Source of the DNA: Daphnia carinata
Lineage: Eukaryota
Assembly: GCF_022539665.2 (NCBI RefSeq)
Contig: NC_081334.1
Span: forward strand, 1,860,001 to 1,924,000
DNA length: 64,000 nt
Direction: 5' to 3'
Positions 36,709 to 51,144 of this stretch are shown here, one piece after another. The position numbers were made by a program, and so were the translations under genes. A model generated the notes under the pieces. The model worked only from the letters and a program-made list of their open reading frames with translations, was not told where the DNA came from and ran no database searches. The stretch's first letter is position 1. Each line of letters opens with the position of its first letter.

Positions 36709-38805
36709 TCACTTTAGGAAAATCCGAACCAAAGAAACGATTGTGTTGAGCAGGAAGAAAAAAGAATTGATGATCAGCATCGACTGAATAATAAAAAACA
36801 AAAGTTCAGCTTAATAATCAATTATTTTCATTTTTTTCTTTTTATTACCCCGAGTGATCGACCCGCATTCAAGTTTCCTGGCCGGTTGCGGTAGATGACG
36901 TAGAAATCGAGGGATAGAATTCCAGCCGTCAGAAAGAGGACGAACCCCATCAGGGAGTATATCAAATCCTTTCAACAAAAACATTTTGAAAATCAAGGGA
37001 GCAAAAAAATTGTGGTCATTTGTGTGTACCAATCCTGGGCGAATTTCCGATCCGAAGAGGTGGGCCACGAAGATGGGAATGGTGACGAGGAGCATACCAC
37101 CAATAGTCATCACGCCGAAGAGGTAACGATCGTGATAAGAGGCCTGGTTGTATTCCCCGCCGAAGGATAGGTTGTAATAGCGTAGCAAGACGATGCAAAT
37201 GATGGCCAGGAACTATATTGACGAGCGGTACCGCAGGGGTTGTATAGAGAAATATTTTTAAAATCAAAGAAAAACAGAGTTAGATTACACGCTTTAGACA
37301 AGAGGGAGAAAGACTCTCCGAATCTTTAATTTCATGGGTAATAATAACCTGCAGGGAAAATACAAGAAAACTATTTCTTTATCAGCAAGTTTTATTTCCA
37401 TACCGAAGAGTGTGGTCTCTTGTTTTTTGTTTTTTTAAAGTTATCCTTGATGCTATCGATTCCGTATTAAATGATCTCTCTCTTCGTCAAAAGAGTCTTT
37501 TTAAATGGGGTCGTAAAAAGAATCGTCGTAAATTCAAAGAAAACGGACATCGTTTTAATTTTTTTACGAACAAACTCGTTCGTGACAGATGGCCTATTCG
37601 AAACTAGCACTGAAGTTCATCGATAGTCATAACAAAACAAGCCGGAAAAGAAAAAAATTACTGATTGCACTCGCATTTATCAACTCCCCATTTTGATTTT
37701 CCTCGGTTGGTGGAATTCAATTAAAACTATCCAGGTTTTCCTGTTGTCATTCTTTGTGTCTCTTTATCTCGTTTTACAATGTATATACTAGTCCGTCACT
37801 TCCGGCAATTCCGGTTCCGGTCATCAGGTCGCTGACGAATCGTTTCTTTTTTTTTTTGTTCCGCATTTTTCGCTTATCAATTTCGAGGCCTTTTTTTCCT
37901 GTTGCATTAGAACGACCGGAACCTACCAGTCACCGTGACCGCCTTTCAACGCGGGTCGTCACACATGTACGTTCGAATTATTTGTCTAACATCAGACATA
38001 TGCCCTGTGTATCTTGGTCCTTGATTGCGTGTCTAATTGTAGACACAAACTATTTTTCCTACAACAATAGCAGCTTATTTTCCCCCGTTATTTTCTCTTT
38101 GCAGCTCGCATTGAAAATTGAATTCATGTCGCTGATCGCATGCGAGTCACGCGTTCCGACGACAATAGCCAAAAGTCTCTTGTTCCCTATTAAGGTTTCC
38201 TTTTTTTAGGGTAAATTCATGTTGTGTTTAAATGGGCAACCTACAAATCTAAGCTATACCTGTTTTGGTCGGTCTTTGCTACGTAGTCTGCATACGTCCT
38301 CACGCAAAGGCCTTGGACCCTGGGTTCCTATCGAAGCTGCCTATATACTACACACAGTTTGATATACGAAAACACGTAGCTAACGTGGAAAACAAGAGAA
38401 ACACAGTGCTTTTTTTGTTTTATTTTTTTTTTGCCCTCAGGTCACGTTCTGAGCGGGGGCATTAACATGGCTGTTACCGTATGGTAGAGAGGGGGGGGGG
38501 ATAGAGGGCGGAGGTTGAAATAGGAAATGAACGATTCTACACGACGCCCTTGTAGTAGAATGAGTAGTACTAGCGTACATGTGTGACCTTTACGTTCCTC
38601 TATGGCGTAACGGCTGTCATCAAATACCACGCAATTTTTAGAACTACATCGTTTGTTAACGTGTCAATTTCCAGCTATAGACTTTACGATAAAAAAAAAA
38701 AATGAATTGAAGTAAGAAAAAACAACTTACGATCTGGATGAATTTAAGAGCGGGGACGGCCCATTGGCCAAGAAGCGAAGAAACAACATCTTTCATTTCA
38801 GCCAT
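36709..38805 (-). CDS. Snakeskin-like four-TM protein, paralog 3 (1.5-kb first intron)
   Basis: Exon 1 MAEMKDVVSSLLGQWAVPALKFIQI (38805-38731) joins FLAIICIVLLRYYNLSFGG..HDRYLFGVMTIGG. Last exon SMLIINSFFFLLN. Confidence 0.75.
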
Positions 38806-40901
38806 ATTTTTTTGTTTAAAATTCCACGCGTGGAAATCCGAGCACGCGAAATCAGGTATCCGTCGGGGGGCACGCCCAAAAACAAAACGGACTTTTTTTT
38901 TCAAAAAAAAAAAAGGAACGGACGCGGGACGGCGTCGTCTTTCACGTTTTTGCACGATTGATGTTCAGACTACCGTAAAAACTGTCTGCTTGTTCCGCAA
39001 ATTGGCGCGCGTCCGAAACTCGAAACACGGAAACACAAAAGGTGCGTCTATTCTTTCATCAAGTTTTTACCGAAGCGCACTGCGATTCACGTAGCGTCCA
39101 CGACAGAACACGACCGACACTGCAATGCCCACCAACGAACTGAATACAAAAAAAAAAGAAAAAAGAAGTTACGACCTGCGACGGTTCTTACCAAACATAT
39201 AGGGATCCCGTTTGGCTGGAGGTTACGTGGCCAGTGGGGTCTTTCAAACCTGCCTTTTTGTCAGCGTTGTACGAGGAGGCGGAGCAACAGGTTTTTAAAG
39301 AAAAACAGAACCTACTCCGGGCGGGAGAAAAAGGTGAAGAGATGGGGGGGGGGGGAGAACCCAAAAAATAGGGATATAGAAAAAAGAGGCCAACAGCCGA
39401 ACACACGAAGGCTCAATAGAGAAGCTTGTTGCCTTCACGGGCAGTGTATCCCGAAGAAATAAGCCCTACGGTGGAATTGGCCGTACGCTGTTGGCCCGGG
39501 AACGAGGTAGAGAAGAATAAACAAAAAAAATAGCTGATTGGTCAGTTTTCCGCAGCGACGCGCAACAGGTGTTCTGTCGTACACACTTGACTCTCTATAC
39601 ATGGTATTTCTTGTTGAAACATAGCAGGAAAGGGGAGACTTTAGGACAGCAGCCAAACCGATTCAAAAGGTGTTGCAGGTGAGCGCACCTGATGCAAAGT
39701 AAGCACGTCGTGTGTTTGAATTTTTATCCCGTCATTTGTTTGAATATCGTCGTTTTCCTAATTCCGCTTCGTTGGAATTGATCAGCGCTGACGGAATTCC
39801 AGCCTGTCAGCTAGCCACATTTATGCATTCACGCAAGAGCTTGTCACGCATCACTTGCGCGCGCCAAGTAAATCGCATGACCGAAACAAGCGTTGCACGT
39901 AATTAGAAATTCGAATCCACGGCCAACTACGTTGAAAATTTGCAATCGTTACGTATTTTAGCCGCGTTTTCCAGAAGAAATGCGTCTTACACGAACGAAA
40001 CTGTTTGCCAAACAGCCGCTTTACAGCCGTCCTGGCTAAATTTGCTCCAATTGTTTGAACTGTTATCGCCTTGTTCGAATCCCAAGAAGTAATTATCCTG
40101 TAAAAAAGAAAAAGAACAAACGGCAAAAATTAATAAAGGCAAAATTTTACGACATGTCTTTATTATCATTAATTGTCCATCAGCGGCATCATCACATGTG
40201 AAGTGTACCGGAAGAGTAAACCGAAAAAAATAAAGGAAAAACAAGCGGATGAAACCGCAACACTTTTTTTTCTGGGAAAAATATAGGGGGAAGCAAAAAA
40301 GAAATAAAAAAAAAAAAAGGAAAACGATAGGAAAAAAAAAAATTGGGTGATAATTATTTCGGTTTGTAGAACAAGGAGTTGGAGTAAAGAAAATTTACAT
40401 TGGTTAAGTCATTTTTTTCTCTCTCGTATTCCTTACATTGCCCCTGTTCTTCTTTTTTTTTAGTTTTTTAAATGGCGTTTTTGTTTTCGGGAGAGAGTTA
40501 TGTGGCGTAACGCCTGGTGTTTTTCTTCCTCGAATTCTACGTCGACTGACTAGGAGAGCTAAATCATTTTAAGCATGCAATGGGATTAAAAAAAAATTAT
40601 AATAATAATAAAAAAAGAAAAATTGAGGCAGGAAGACGAGAAAAAAATAGAATCGTACTTGATTAAGTAATCTTTCCCTTGTGGAAAATAATCAATAGGA
40701 TAAAGGATCTTCACAAGTCATGAGTGTGTCATGAGGCACTTTTGAGGAAACGGAAAGAAGCTAACGTGAGTTGGAAAAGAAAGGGAGAAGGCCAGCCACA
40801 ATTTTTTTTGGAGGGGAGGAGTGATTGTAAACGGGGGGAAGTGGGGATCTTGGATGTCAGGAGTGCAAAAGAGGATGCGTTACGATTACAAGAAGGTTCG
40901 T

Positions 40902-42434
40902 TTACGACAGGATTGCTATGCTCCTGCGTGAAATGTTGACGTTGTCCATACTGGCTGAGCGCTTCATATTAGCTCGCAAAATTTCCGCTGCCAATTTATC
41001 CTCGCAGACCCGCGACATGGCCTCCAGCTACATTAATTAAAGAACACAATTACAATAAGTTGAATGACGTGGAATTTGAATTCAACGAACCTTGGTTGCC
41101 TTTTCTTTGGTTAAAGGCTCTGCAGGGAAATTCATTTCATTCGCTTCGGCAAGCGTCCTCAGGTCAAAATAATATTTGGCGTAAACGCTTGAGGGAATAT
41201 TGATGTTGAACTGAAGCATTTCCAAAAAGTGGCGCTCCAACTCGTTCCTTCAATCAGAATCAGATAGTAAACAGAAACAAAACAAAAGAGCGGTGGCATA
41301 ATGCAGTAGGGCAGTTTCATCGTGATAAGATTCGTAATCTTGAACCAAGACTTACATATCTTCCACTGTGATATCTTTGAGGATTTGGCAATAGTCAACA
41401 TTCCAAACTGCTTGATCATCCCATACTTTGGAAGCTAATAGAATGGCGCCCAGCACCACTCTTTTCCAATTTCCAGGGGTAATGTCGATTTCAGCATAAG
41501 TCAATAGCCTGTAATTTAGAACGCGAAATTGTAATCTTTGGGGGCGAGATAAAAAGAAATACTCTTGGAATAATTTCTAGATATTTATGATTTAAATATG
41601 TTCCATCCGCGTAATGACGGCCAACCTTTCCAAATAAATCAGGGTGATGATGGCACACTCGGCAGTCAGTTGAGCAGCGTTGAATAACGTTCTGACAAAC
41701 TTGTAGACTTGGCGGTGATCGGGGTTATACCGGCTATAATCATTAGATACGCCGTCCTTCTGCGATAGTTATAAAGCAAAACGCAAAACGTGAATGCTGA
41801 CGAAACTTAAACTTTTGCAGCCACTTCAAATGAAAGTAACATTCCACTGACTGATAATGGGTGTAGTTTCTCATCAAAAATGTCCATCTGTCGCTCGGAT
41901 TGCCGGTTTTTAATGTGGTAGTAGATGGCTAGTGTTACACACTTGATAGTGTTCTTCAAATTAGGCTGGCAGACTGTGCTCTCATCTACAAAGATGGTTG
42001 AGCAGGAATTGGATTTCTTCAAGGTGCCTTTATCGTGGAGCTAGAAGCAAAGCAGTGGAGTCAGAAAATCAAGATGAAATGGTAAAAAATATAACACCAC
42101 ACCTGAAGTTGACTTCTCCTCCTCTCAAGTCCCTCTGATTACAACAGAAAATGTGAGTCTTTATTCTACAATCTGTAGAAGTGTAACAATTATTACCATG
42201 AATAGCAGCTCTTGACCTCTCCATGAATATTGTTTCAGCTTTGGGGTGAAGCGAAGGATCAGATTGCCAGTCTTCTGGCTCTCTTTCACTGATGTGTTGA
42301 AGATTAGCTGTACTTTCAGCCCTGCCAGGCTCATTGGATTCCAGGACTCTTCGCTCAGAGACATCATTGACTTTTCGTTGAGGTTGAGGACTGCCACTGT
42401 AGTAGCAGCAGTTGAATGACTGCTTGTTACCCAT
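40902..42434 (-). CDS. CCNY: Cyclin Y
   Basis: [81 protein letters not shown]-terminal RRSIAILS*. Confidence 0.96.
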
Positions 42435-43352
42435 GATAATCCTTATTGATGTGGAAGATTAAAATCACAGTTCTTCAGTTCCTGTTCATAGAAAAACATA
42501 AACACAAATTAAAACATGTGAGTCGTAAAGAGAGGAAAATGCGTCCGATTCGGCGAAGAATTGACCGACAACAGACGGTGTGATATCGCCATAGATATAG
42601 AATTTCTGTTTCCCGACTTACTTGAGACAGATCTTCGTCGTCTGTTTTCTAGACATGTGTTGTTCCAATGTCGACGCCTTCATGAGAGCGGACAAATAGG
42701 TCACGCGAAAGGACCGAATATAAGGCTCAACCAAACGTCAAACTTGAATTCTGTATTAATCACTTTATTATCTTCTCCATTAGAGCCGCTGCTTAGAAAA
42801 GACAGCAAGCTGCAGAATGCCTATCAACATTGCCATATTCATTATTAGAAATACGCGCTTTGGCAGCAAAACACGGAAGCAAATTTTACCGGTAAAATTT
42901 TTGTGAATGATAAATGAAATTAGTGAAGTTTTGTTTTAAAACATTTGGGCTTTAATTTTACGTTACTTAGATAGTAATTGCATTCCCGAATCCCGACGTG
43001 CGATGGTCCGATTGGCGCGATGGCCAATTGCCAAGAAACGATAGCAAGTAGACCCAAACCCCAAAGTCCAAAATAAAATTCAGTTTATCTTTAATTACAT
43101 TATAATAAAACTATTTTCATATAATTTTATGCCACTCATGCGCCGCATTTTTCAATTATGAAACTAAATGCACTAAAACTTGACAAGTAAGCATGAAACA
43201 TTTGGCAACGTCTTTTATGTAATCGACTGAAATTTGGGTCGATACTTTAATCGGTCCTTTGCAGTTGTAGAAGTTGGGAGGGAGTTGGGAAAAAATTGTT
43301 CGAGAAGGAGAAATTTAGATCCCTAATTTCCTCCCTTGTATAGATTTCTATA

Positions 43353-46300
43353 ATGGCGGAATCGGAGGGCCGTGTTATTGAAGAAATCAATTTAACCGAC
43401 GACGATCAAAACGAAGTCGAGTGCCTGGAAGATTTAGTCACGTTAGACGGCACGGATTGCACCCATGATGACATGATGGATTCGTCCCATGGGTCACAAG
43501 ATGACATCGTCGATATCACCCCACCACCTGAAGTGTAAGATAATTTAATATTGTTCTTTGTTATGTAATAGCAATGCTTTACCAGAGTTTGCTGTTAAGC
43601 TAGCTTGTTTGGTGTCACCCTTGAAACAAATGTTTTTCTTTCCATAAACACATACCTGAAAATTTCCTCAAGCAAAAAAAGCACATGGGCTTGAGAATGA
43701 AGTAAATATTTTTGAGGGAAGCAGGTTGATCTTTGCTTGAAAGATTGATTAGTTAAATGTCAAGGATTTCTATTCGCTTCCTAAAAAGAAAAATCTATAT
43801 CACAAGTGAGAATTAAGTGTGATGTACTTGACCTGATAAAATGTTTTGGGTGTAGGTGCGCTTTTACCATATCTGGACAGCCATTTTGTAAAAATGTAGG
43901 TTACCCCCACTCGTTGGAAAGTGTTTACTCATGAAAATTCAGAAATGGTTCATTGTTGGCATCACTTCACAGGGAAATTGTGCTTACAATACATTAGTGT
44001 GTCCTTTTTTTTCAATATGCACAATTCTGGAGAAAAGTTCCAGTTAGCTGTGCATTCTCCAGTTGTTTGAGAATCCTGTTTTTTTCTTCAATACTTTGTA
44101 TATTTAATTATTTACTAATTTTTCTTTGTTTGCTGCTGAAACTTCGTGTTCAAACGTGTAAAACCCAAACAAAGAAGAAAAAGCAGCGCCCCCTTTGAAA
44201 TTCTCTGTGACCCTGAAGTCAGTCTTGTTTGGGCACGTGAATCCTTGCATCACGGTAGATTATTTTGTTTTATTATCGATCCTTTTTGAGAAGTGGCATT
44301 TAGCAAATTGAAGGTCAACGACATTTCGTTTCCTTCATGTGTCACGGTAGTATCTCCGTTGGAGAATCGTGTATGGTATATGCAGTGCAGTTGGAAGTTA
44401 GAGTCCTTAACAGTCAACAACTCGAAGAAAGAAGTAGAAGCGATCAGAGACCTTGACGCATGACGTTAAGCTGCCACATAGCAGCTGAATCGTTCAGGTT
44501 GCTTGCTGACGCATGCTTAAAGAAAACTGGCTGGCCTTGGTAATGTTGCCGAACTCTGTGAGATATTTCAGCAACCCCCAACCCTTTCCTCCCAAACACG
44601 ACACGCTATTTCAACCGGTCAGTCTTGCCAGTGAAAGGATTCAAGTAGAGAGACTTGGTTATTTGTTCGTCGTCTTCTTGTGGCGGGCTGCACACACGTC
44701 ATTAGGGGAAGGGGATTTTTATTTCCAGAACGCCGTCTGCTATATTTGGATTTGTTTTGGCTCCTCTTCCGGCGTCTTGCCTTCGTCATTGCTTCGTGAA
44801 TAGCCCCTGCGGCCGAGCTGCTCATAGTCGTTACTGTGTGTAAAAATGCGATTGGATGAAGGTATAGGGACTTACTGAAACTCTCAAAAGAGTCTGATCT
44901 TTGTCTGGCGCAATCAGTCGCTCCCAGACCGCCTCGCGGCAACCAGGGTGGGTACGAATTCGTCAAGAAGTCTATTCCCTTGTTTTTTTGTTTGTTTTTT
45001 TAAATGTCTTTTCGTGTTGTCTTGACGGACCATATTCGATCAGTCACGCTCCGTCTTTGACTTTCGCGCAGTGATTGCTACATATCGAAGTGTTCTTGTT
45101 ATTTGCCGGAAATCCTTGTTACTATCGAACAATTTCTCTCCCCTCCCTGTGACGTATAGTAGACATGAAAATGCCTTGGTATTCTTCTTATTACCCGGAG
45201 TCTTCCCAGCGAAATCGATTTCGTCAGCCGAATCGCACCAGCAATCCGGCCAGCAACGTGTCCCATCATCATACGATTCACATTGCAACGTCATCTTATG
45301 CAATGCCATCGTTTCGCCAGCACGTTTACTATCCATCGTGTCCGTCTCCGCCACCGTCATACCCCCGTCGACATTATCAAAACGAGTTTAGTCATTTTCG
45401 GCCAGAGAGCACTGGTCTACATAGCGGTGCGACGAGTTACAGGCCACGTCATTCATCTCCGAATTCAAGTGTTGGATCGAGTCCATTCAAGAGCCGAAGT
45501 GACGGATCGACTTGGTACCACCACCGCCGGACAGTTGATTCGGCCACTGAGCGCCTTTTGGCCCGTGCCGATGCGCTCACTGAGCGACTCCATCGACTGC
45601 TGGCCAAGTCGGCCGACTTACACTGGCGCCGTATGGATCACCCAGTACGGCCGGATATTTTTAACCGAATGAGTCAGTCAAATGCTCCGTCTACGACAAC
45701 TGGAACGTCGCCGACTGCTAATATGGCAACCGATACAAATGTGGATGCCTCTTCCGTTCGAGTCGATGACATCACTGTGTCTAAAACTGAACCACGTCCA
45801 ACCACTCGAACGCATGTCATCACCATTAAGCTGAGTAACAGCTACAGCAACAGAGGCAATCGTCGGTCTCAGCATTTGGTTCAAGAGCCTGCAGAGCACG
45901 AAGAGCAGCAAAAGCCTCAAGTGCCGCCGAAGCCGCAAGAGAATCAGCGGCCTCAAGAGTCACACAAGTTTGAAGAGAATCAGAAAATTCGTGAGCCAAA
46001 GGAGACGGCCGAGCGACAGGAGTCTCCAGAACCGCAGCAGCCATCAAGGGAAACGCATCGGCCAAAAGCGCACGAATCGCAGCCCAGTCATTTTTACTCG
46101 CGGACATATCGACATTCGACAACTCGTAAGCCACCTGTCGTTCGGATCATTCCGATTCATATCGAAGTGGAATCGGATGATTCCGGCATTGCGGTCGACC
46201 CCGAAAGGGACATTCAGGTTCCGGATGAGGATCCACGAGTTACGATAAATAGCAGTCCTATCCCTAGTCCTAGACACGTGTCATCCATTTTCGTGGATGA

Positions 46301-48885
46301 TCCTATCCCCGTTGTCGAAATACCTGTGATGCCAGAGTCAACTGTAGAATCAAATGTCGAACCTGAGGCGTTGGACATCGAACTGGAGGAACCAGTCCAT
46401 CCAGCTAATGGTTCAACCAACAGCCGTCGTTGGGCTCTCACTCTGAGGTAGGCATTCCCAAATAGAAGGGACCTCATCAAACACCACGTCAGCACGGATT
46501 GCTTTTTTTTTTTATAAATACTATCTGCTTAATCCCCTAACTTTCCGAGATGAAGGCGATATCTCTTCGGCTACCTTAACCAATACTGCTGTCTTCTACG
46601 TTATCTGATCTGGGGGAAAGTTGGCATTCGTCAATATATAATACTGGGAATTCCTGGTTACAGGAACCAAGCCACACAATCCTCTCGCCTAATACAAGAG
46701 AAATCGTGAATGTGTAATTTTTATCGCTTAATGAAAATCACTTAGTCGTATATCATTCCGTGTTGTTTCAGCCGCGCCCGGGCTCGCTGCCGAGAAAGTT
46801 GTTGGCTTGACGTCATGTTAAATAATCGCTTTGTTTTTGTGTCCTTGACAAAATCTCAGATTTGTGTAGGCACTTTTTTTTTTTAACACGTTTTTTTCCC
46901 TCATTTTAATTTGCAATTTTTTTCTTTTTCTCTGTTTGCAGTCTCGCCGAAGAAAAGAAGGCGGAAGGCAATGCTTACTACAAGGTGAAAGACTACAGAA
47001 AAGCTTTGGCGTGTTACACTCGCGCCATCGAACTCTGCCCGGAGAGTGTGGCCTATTATGGCAACCGCGCAGCCTGTCGCATGATGATGGGTTCGTACCA
47101 GGACGCTTTGGAAGATGCCCGCGAGAGCACCCGTCTGGATTCTAGCTTTGCTAAGGGCTACGTCCGTATCGCTAAATGCTGTTTGGCACTCGGTGATACT
47201 GCGGCTGCCCTTAATGCGATCAACAAAGCCGAAGAACTCGATCCCAATTCCGATCTGGCCAACGAAAAGCGCTCTCTTCACGTCCTTCAACAACTCAGTG
47301 AAGAGATGAGCAAAGCCAACGCCAAAGGCGATTATCGTAAAGTAATTCTTACCAAGTTGTTACATTTTATAAATGTATCTTTTCCTAAATCCGTCTTCAT
47401 TTTTCAAGGTAATCTACTGTTGCGATCGCTCTCTTGAACACGCCCCAGCTGCTCGTCGTCTGAAACTGACCAAAGCTGAATGTCTTGCTTTACTATCTCG
47501 TTACGCTGAAGCAGAAGAAATGGCCAAGTAATTTGCTTTTTATTGTAAAAGTATGTCCTAAGAATTTATTTGATTAATTTTTCCTCTTGTTACTTCCAGC
47601 GACGTTCTAAGGTTAGACCAGACAAACGCCGATGCACTTTTAGTGAGGGGTTTGTGTTTTTATTATCAAGACAACATCGATCGAGCCTTCCTTCACTTCA
47701 AACAGGTCCTTCTCATGGCTCCTGACCACGTCAAAGCTCGTGATATCTTCAGAGTTAGTGAAAGATTTTCTTTCTTTTCCTCATCTATATTTGCTTTGGC
47801 GTGTTTACTGTATCCTAATATTGTCTAAACATTTGATAGAGAGCTAAGTTGCTCAAAGCTAAGAAGGAAGAAGGCAACGAAGCTTTCAAGGCCGGGCGGT
47901 ACCAGGAGGCTCATGATTTGTACACTGCAACTTTGATTATTGACCCTAACAACAAGCTGACCAACGCTAAAGTGTATTTTAACCGTGCTGTTGTACTAGT
48001 AAAGGTATTGATGTTTTTCTTTTTTCACATTGAAAAAAAATTAAATTAAAGCTAACTCTTGTTTGCTTCGTTTTCAGCTTGGCAAATTGAAGGAGGCCTT
48101 AGGCGACTGTGACAGAGCAATTGAGTTAGACGAAACCTATATCAAAGCGTATCTACGCAGAGCTAAGATAAACATGGACCTTGAACAGTTCGAAGATGCT
48201 GTCAGAGACTACGAAAAGGTCAATAAAATGGAAAAGAATCGAGGTTTGTTACTTGACCGTTTATTGGTAAAATATTAATCGCCAATTAATGATTCGGAAA
48301 CGTGGTTTTATTCAGATTACAAGCGTTTGTTACAAGAGGCAAAATTGGCACTGAAGAAGTCCCTACGAAAAGATTACTACAAGATATTGGGCATCGATCG
48401 CAATGCCAATGATGATGAAATCAAAAAAGCCTATAAGAAAAGAGCACTCGTTCATCATCCTGGTATTTCGTTGATTTGATTTTTTTCTCTTTGTGATGCT
48501 AATGAAGTGATATTGCAATAGATCGGCACTCCAGCGCCACTGAAGAGGAAAAGAAAGAGCAAGAAAAGAAATTTAAAGAATTGGGAGAAGCTTACGGCAT
48601 CCTTTCAGACCCCAAAAAGAAGTCCCGATATGATAATGGGCACGATATCGATGATAACGATGGTGGTGGATATTCAAGTATATTTAACTAATGAATTTAA
48701 TGTACGACAGAAATTTATTCTTGGTTTTTTTTAAAGGCGAAATGGATCCTAACCAAATATTCCAAGCGTTTTTCGGTGGGCCGGGCATGTTCCGGATGGG
48801 TAATATGGGCGGAGGAATGGGTGGTATGGGTGGTGCAGGAATGGGCGGCCATTGTCCAGGCAGTTTCAACTTTCAATTTGGCTAA
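43353..48885 (+). CDS. DNAJC7: DnaJ homolog subfamily C member 7 (TPR2)
   Basis: Exon 1 43353-43534, exon 2 from 46942. TPR repeats ([33 protein letters not shown]), J domain [18 protein letters not shown], and G/F-rich tail. Confidence 0.95.
45165..46447 (+). CDS. 1.3-kb ORF in DNAJC7 intron 1; probable alternative first coding exon (disordered, IPI/IPV motifs)
   Basis: 428-codon ORF ending at AG|GTAGGC (46447/46448) in phase 2, the same phase as the exon 1 donor, so it is in frame with the acceptor at 46942. Confidence 0.7.
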
Positions 48886-49806
48886 GTGTCACTAATGCTC
48901 TTTGATACACCAACCATTAACCTATATGCATTCAATCTCGAAAAGTCCGTAATTGGCCGTAAGACATGAGCACCTTTTGTCTTACTCTTCAGTCGGCAAA
49001 ACTTTTCTTTTCGAAAGTTGAAGCATGTGGCTGTAAAAACACTTTTGCCATTTATTTGCGCTGTTTATACATTTACCCAATCCTTAGACTCACCGACCGA
49101 TCTTCTTATCATGCTATACACGGACTAAAATTTATCATCTTTCCTGATCCTTTTTTTTTTTAGATGATCGAAATGCTGACAAATAATTTTGTAACTTCTG
49201 TTCCACAACAGTCTGGTAGGATTCCGCGGAATTGTTTGTTTTATCTTTCTGCCCTCGTAGCAAAACACGCTACAATAGCATGGTCTTGCGTGAAGGTTCA
49301 CCAGCTTATTGGTATTGCAAACAGTTACCGTAAGTCAAAAAGCAGAATGTTCGGTGTAGGTAAATAAGCAGGCTTGGTCAAGTTATTGTTATGTCATTGT
49401 TGTCTGTGTTGCTGTCGCATCTGATTATGTTAAGCGTTCGTGCTTTGCAATCATAGCTCATTTTGGTGCTCGTTTATCGGATCTTAAATGGCTTTTATAT
49501 GGCCCTGCGATATTTTTGTAGCTAACTATATGGTAATGATTTTTGCAAAGTTATCAGTGGAACTCCTTTTCGTAATAAATAAGAAAGCTGTCAAATTTTC
49601 GCGGATGAACACCAACATACTGTGGTATTACGAACGCTAGGTGAAAGAAACTTTGAAGAGATGTATAAACGTTTGCCAACCGTGCTAGCTAGGAAATCCA
49701 TTGAATCCACACATCAAATCTAAAAGTAAAGACATAATATGTAGGTTTTCCCTTAGTCAAGTACATGGATAATACAAAATTATTTATTAAGAACAAAGAT
49801 TTCTAA

Positions 49807-50642
49807 TTACACACTTTTTTGGCTTGGAAATGTGTAACAGTTTGTTGGGCTTGTTAACACATCATTCTCAATTGACAGGTCATCAAAATCTGGTCCACAT
49901 GCCCATAATGTTTCAAGATCATAGATCTTTCTGAACTTACTGGAAAATATGTGAAGGGCAATGTTACCTAGATCTAAGGCAATCCAATCTTTGTTGTTTT
50001 TTCCTTCTATAACTGGCAACAAATCTGTTGTCAAACAACGTCTCTTTGATAATTTTCTTAGAAATTCTGCAACAACAATAAAAAATTGTCAACTCATCAC
50101 TTAACTGATGTCATTAATTCAATACAAGTACCAGCAACTGCAGTCATTTGTTTAGGAGACTTCCCTGTGGTAATCACCATGTAATCCACATAACTTAACT
50201 GTGAAGGAACAGCAATTACAACTATATCCTGCAGCTTCTGTTGGTTCAAAATTTCAACAAACTCCTCTATATCAAATATTCCAGTGGTTCCACGCTGTAA
50301 TGAAATTCCTTGGAATTCATCAAACTCTTCAACTATTTCTGAATCACCAATCCTTTGCCAATTGCCTTCAGCAAACATTTTTTCTTCTTCTGATTTGTTT
50401 TCTACTAGTTCTGTAGTATAGCTTCTTTGGAAATTGATATTTGTTGGTGAAGAAGACGGAAATAACAAGGCCCTTGCATGCCGGTCAGCTGTATGGCAAA
50501 GGTTTCTTTCAACGCACGTTTCATTCAAAATTTTGGAAGCTATGCAATGATTATTTTGTTGATATTGAGAAGTGCGCATGAAATGAGACTTGTTAAACAA
50601 TTGTTTTGTTAAAAGAGCTCTAAGTGAGCATTGGCGCCACAT
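49807..50642 (-). CDS. MALSU1: Mitochondrial assembly of ribosomal large subunit 1 (RsfS/Iojap family)
   Basis: RGTTGIFDIEEFV, YVDYMVITTGKS, DWIALDLGNIALHIF...YDLETLW, and a basic N-terminal presequence. Confidence 0.93.
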
Positions 50643-51144
50643 TTTTTACACAGAAGTTTGGCTGAATCACTGAAAAATAGCAGACGGAAGTTAATCTTTC
50701 CTTGTGCAGACGACATGGAAAAGAACAAAATAAAACAAATTGACTAGTCATGTCGTGTTTCGAACTCCCAGTCATGTATTTTTCATTCCTATAGCTAGTG
50801 CATAATTATAGTGAACGAAGTTCAAACTAACAATTTAGATTAGATAGTACACCCTTAAAACAAAGTAAAAAAAAAGAATTCATATAGTTTGCACCGAGTA
50901 AAATTGTTGTGACACTATCGCCCACTGTCAAGCTAACCTGCCAAACGTTAAGTTCCAACAAAACTTGGCAATCTAGATTACAATCTAATTACCAATTACC
51001 CCGAAGAACAAAACTTTTTCTCGTGTGTTACAGCGTACTATAAAGTAGTTGCTACTAATCAATTTATACAGGCATTTTGAGTTAACTCTGTTTTGAAATT
51101 TGAACCGTAAGAAGGATATAGCAAAATCAAACATCCCTCAAAGA

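Noticed and set aside
37400..40900. Numerous short ORFs
   Set aside because: Intron, upstream and 3' UTR sequence with homopolymer runs and no protein-like motifs, apart from the snakeskin-like exon 1.
43290..43320. Heat-shock element upstream of DNAJC7
   Set aside because: Only two properly spaced nGAAn units (TTCGAGAA); too weak to call.
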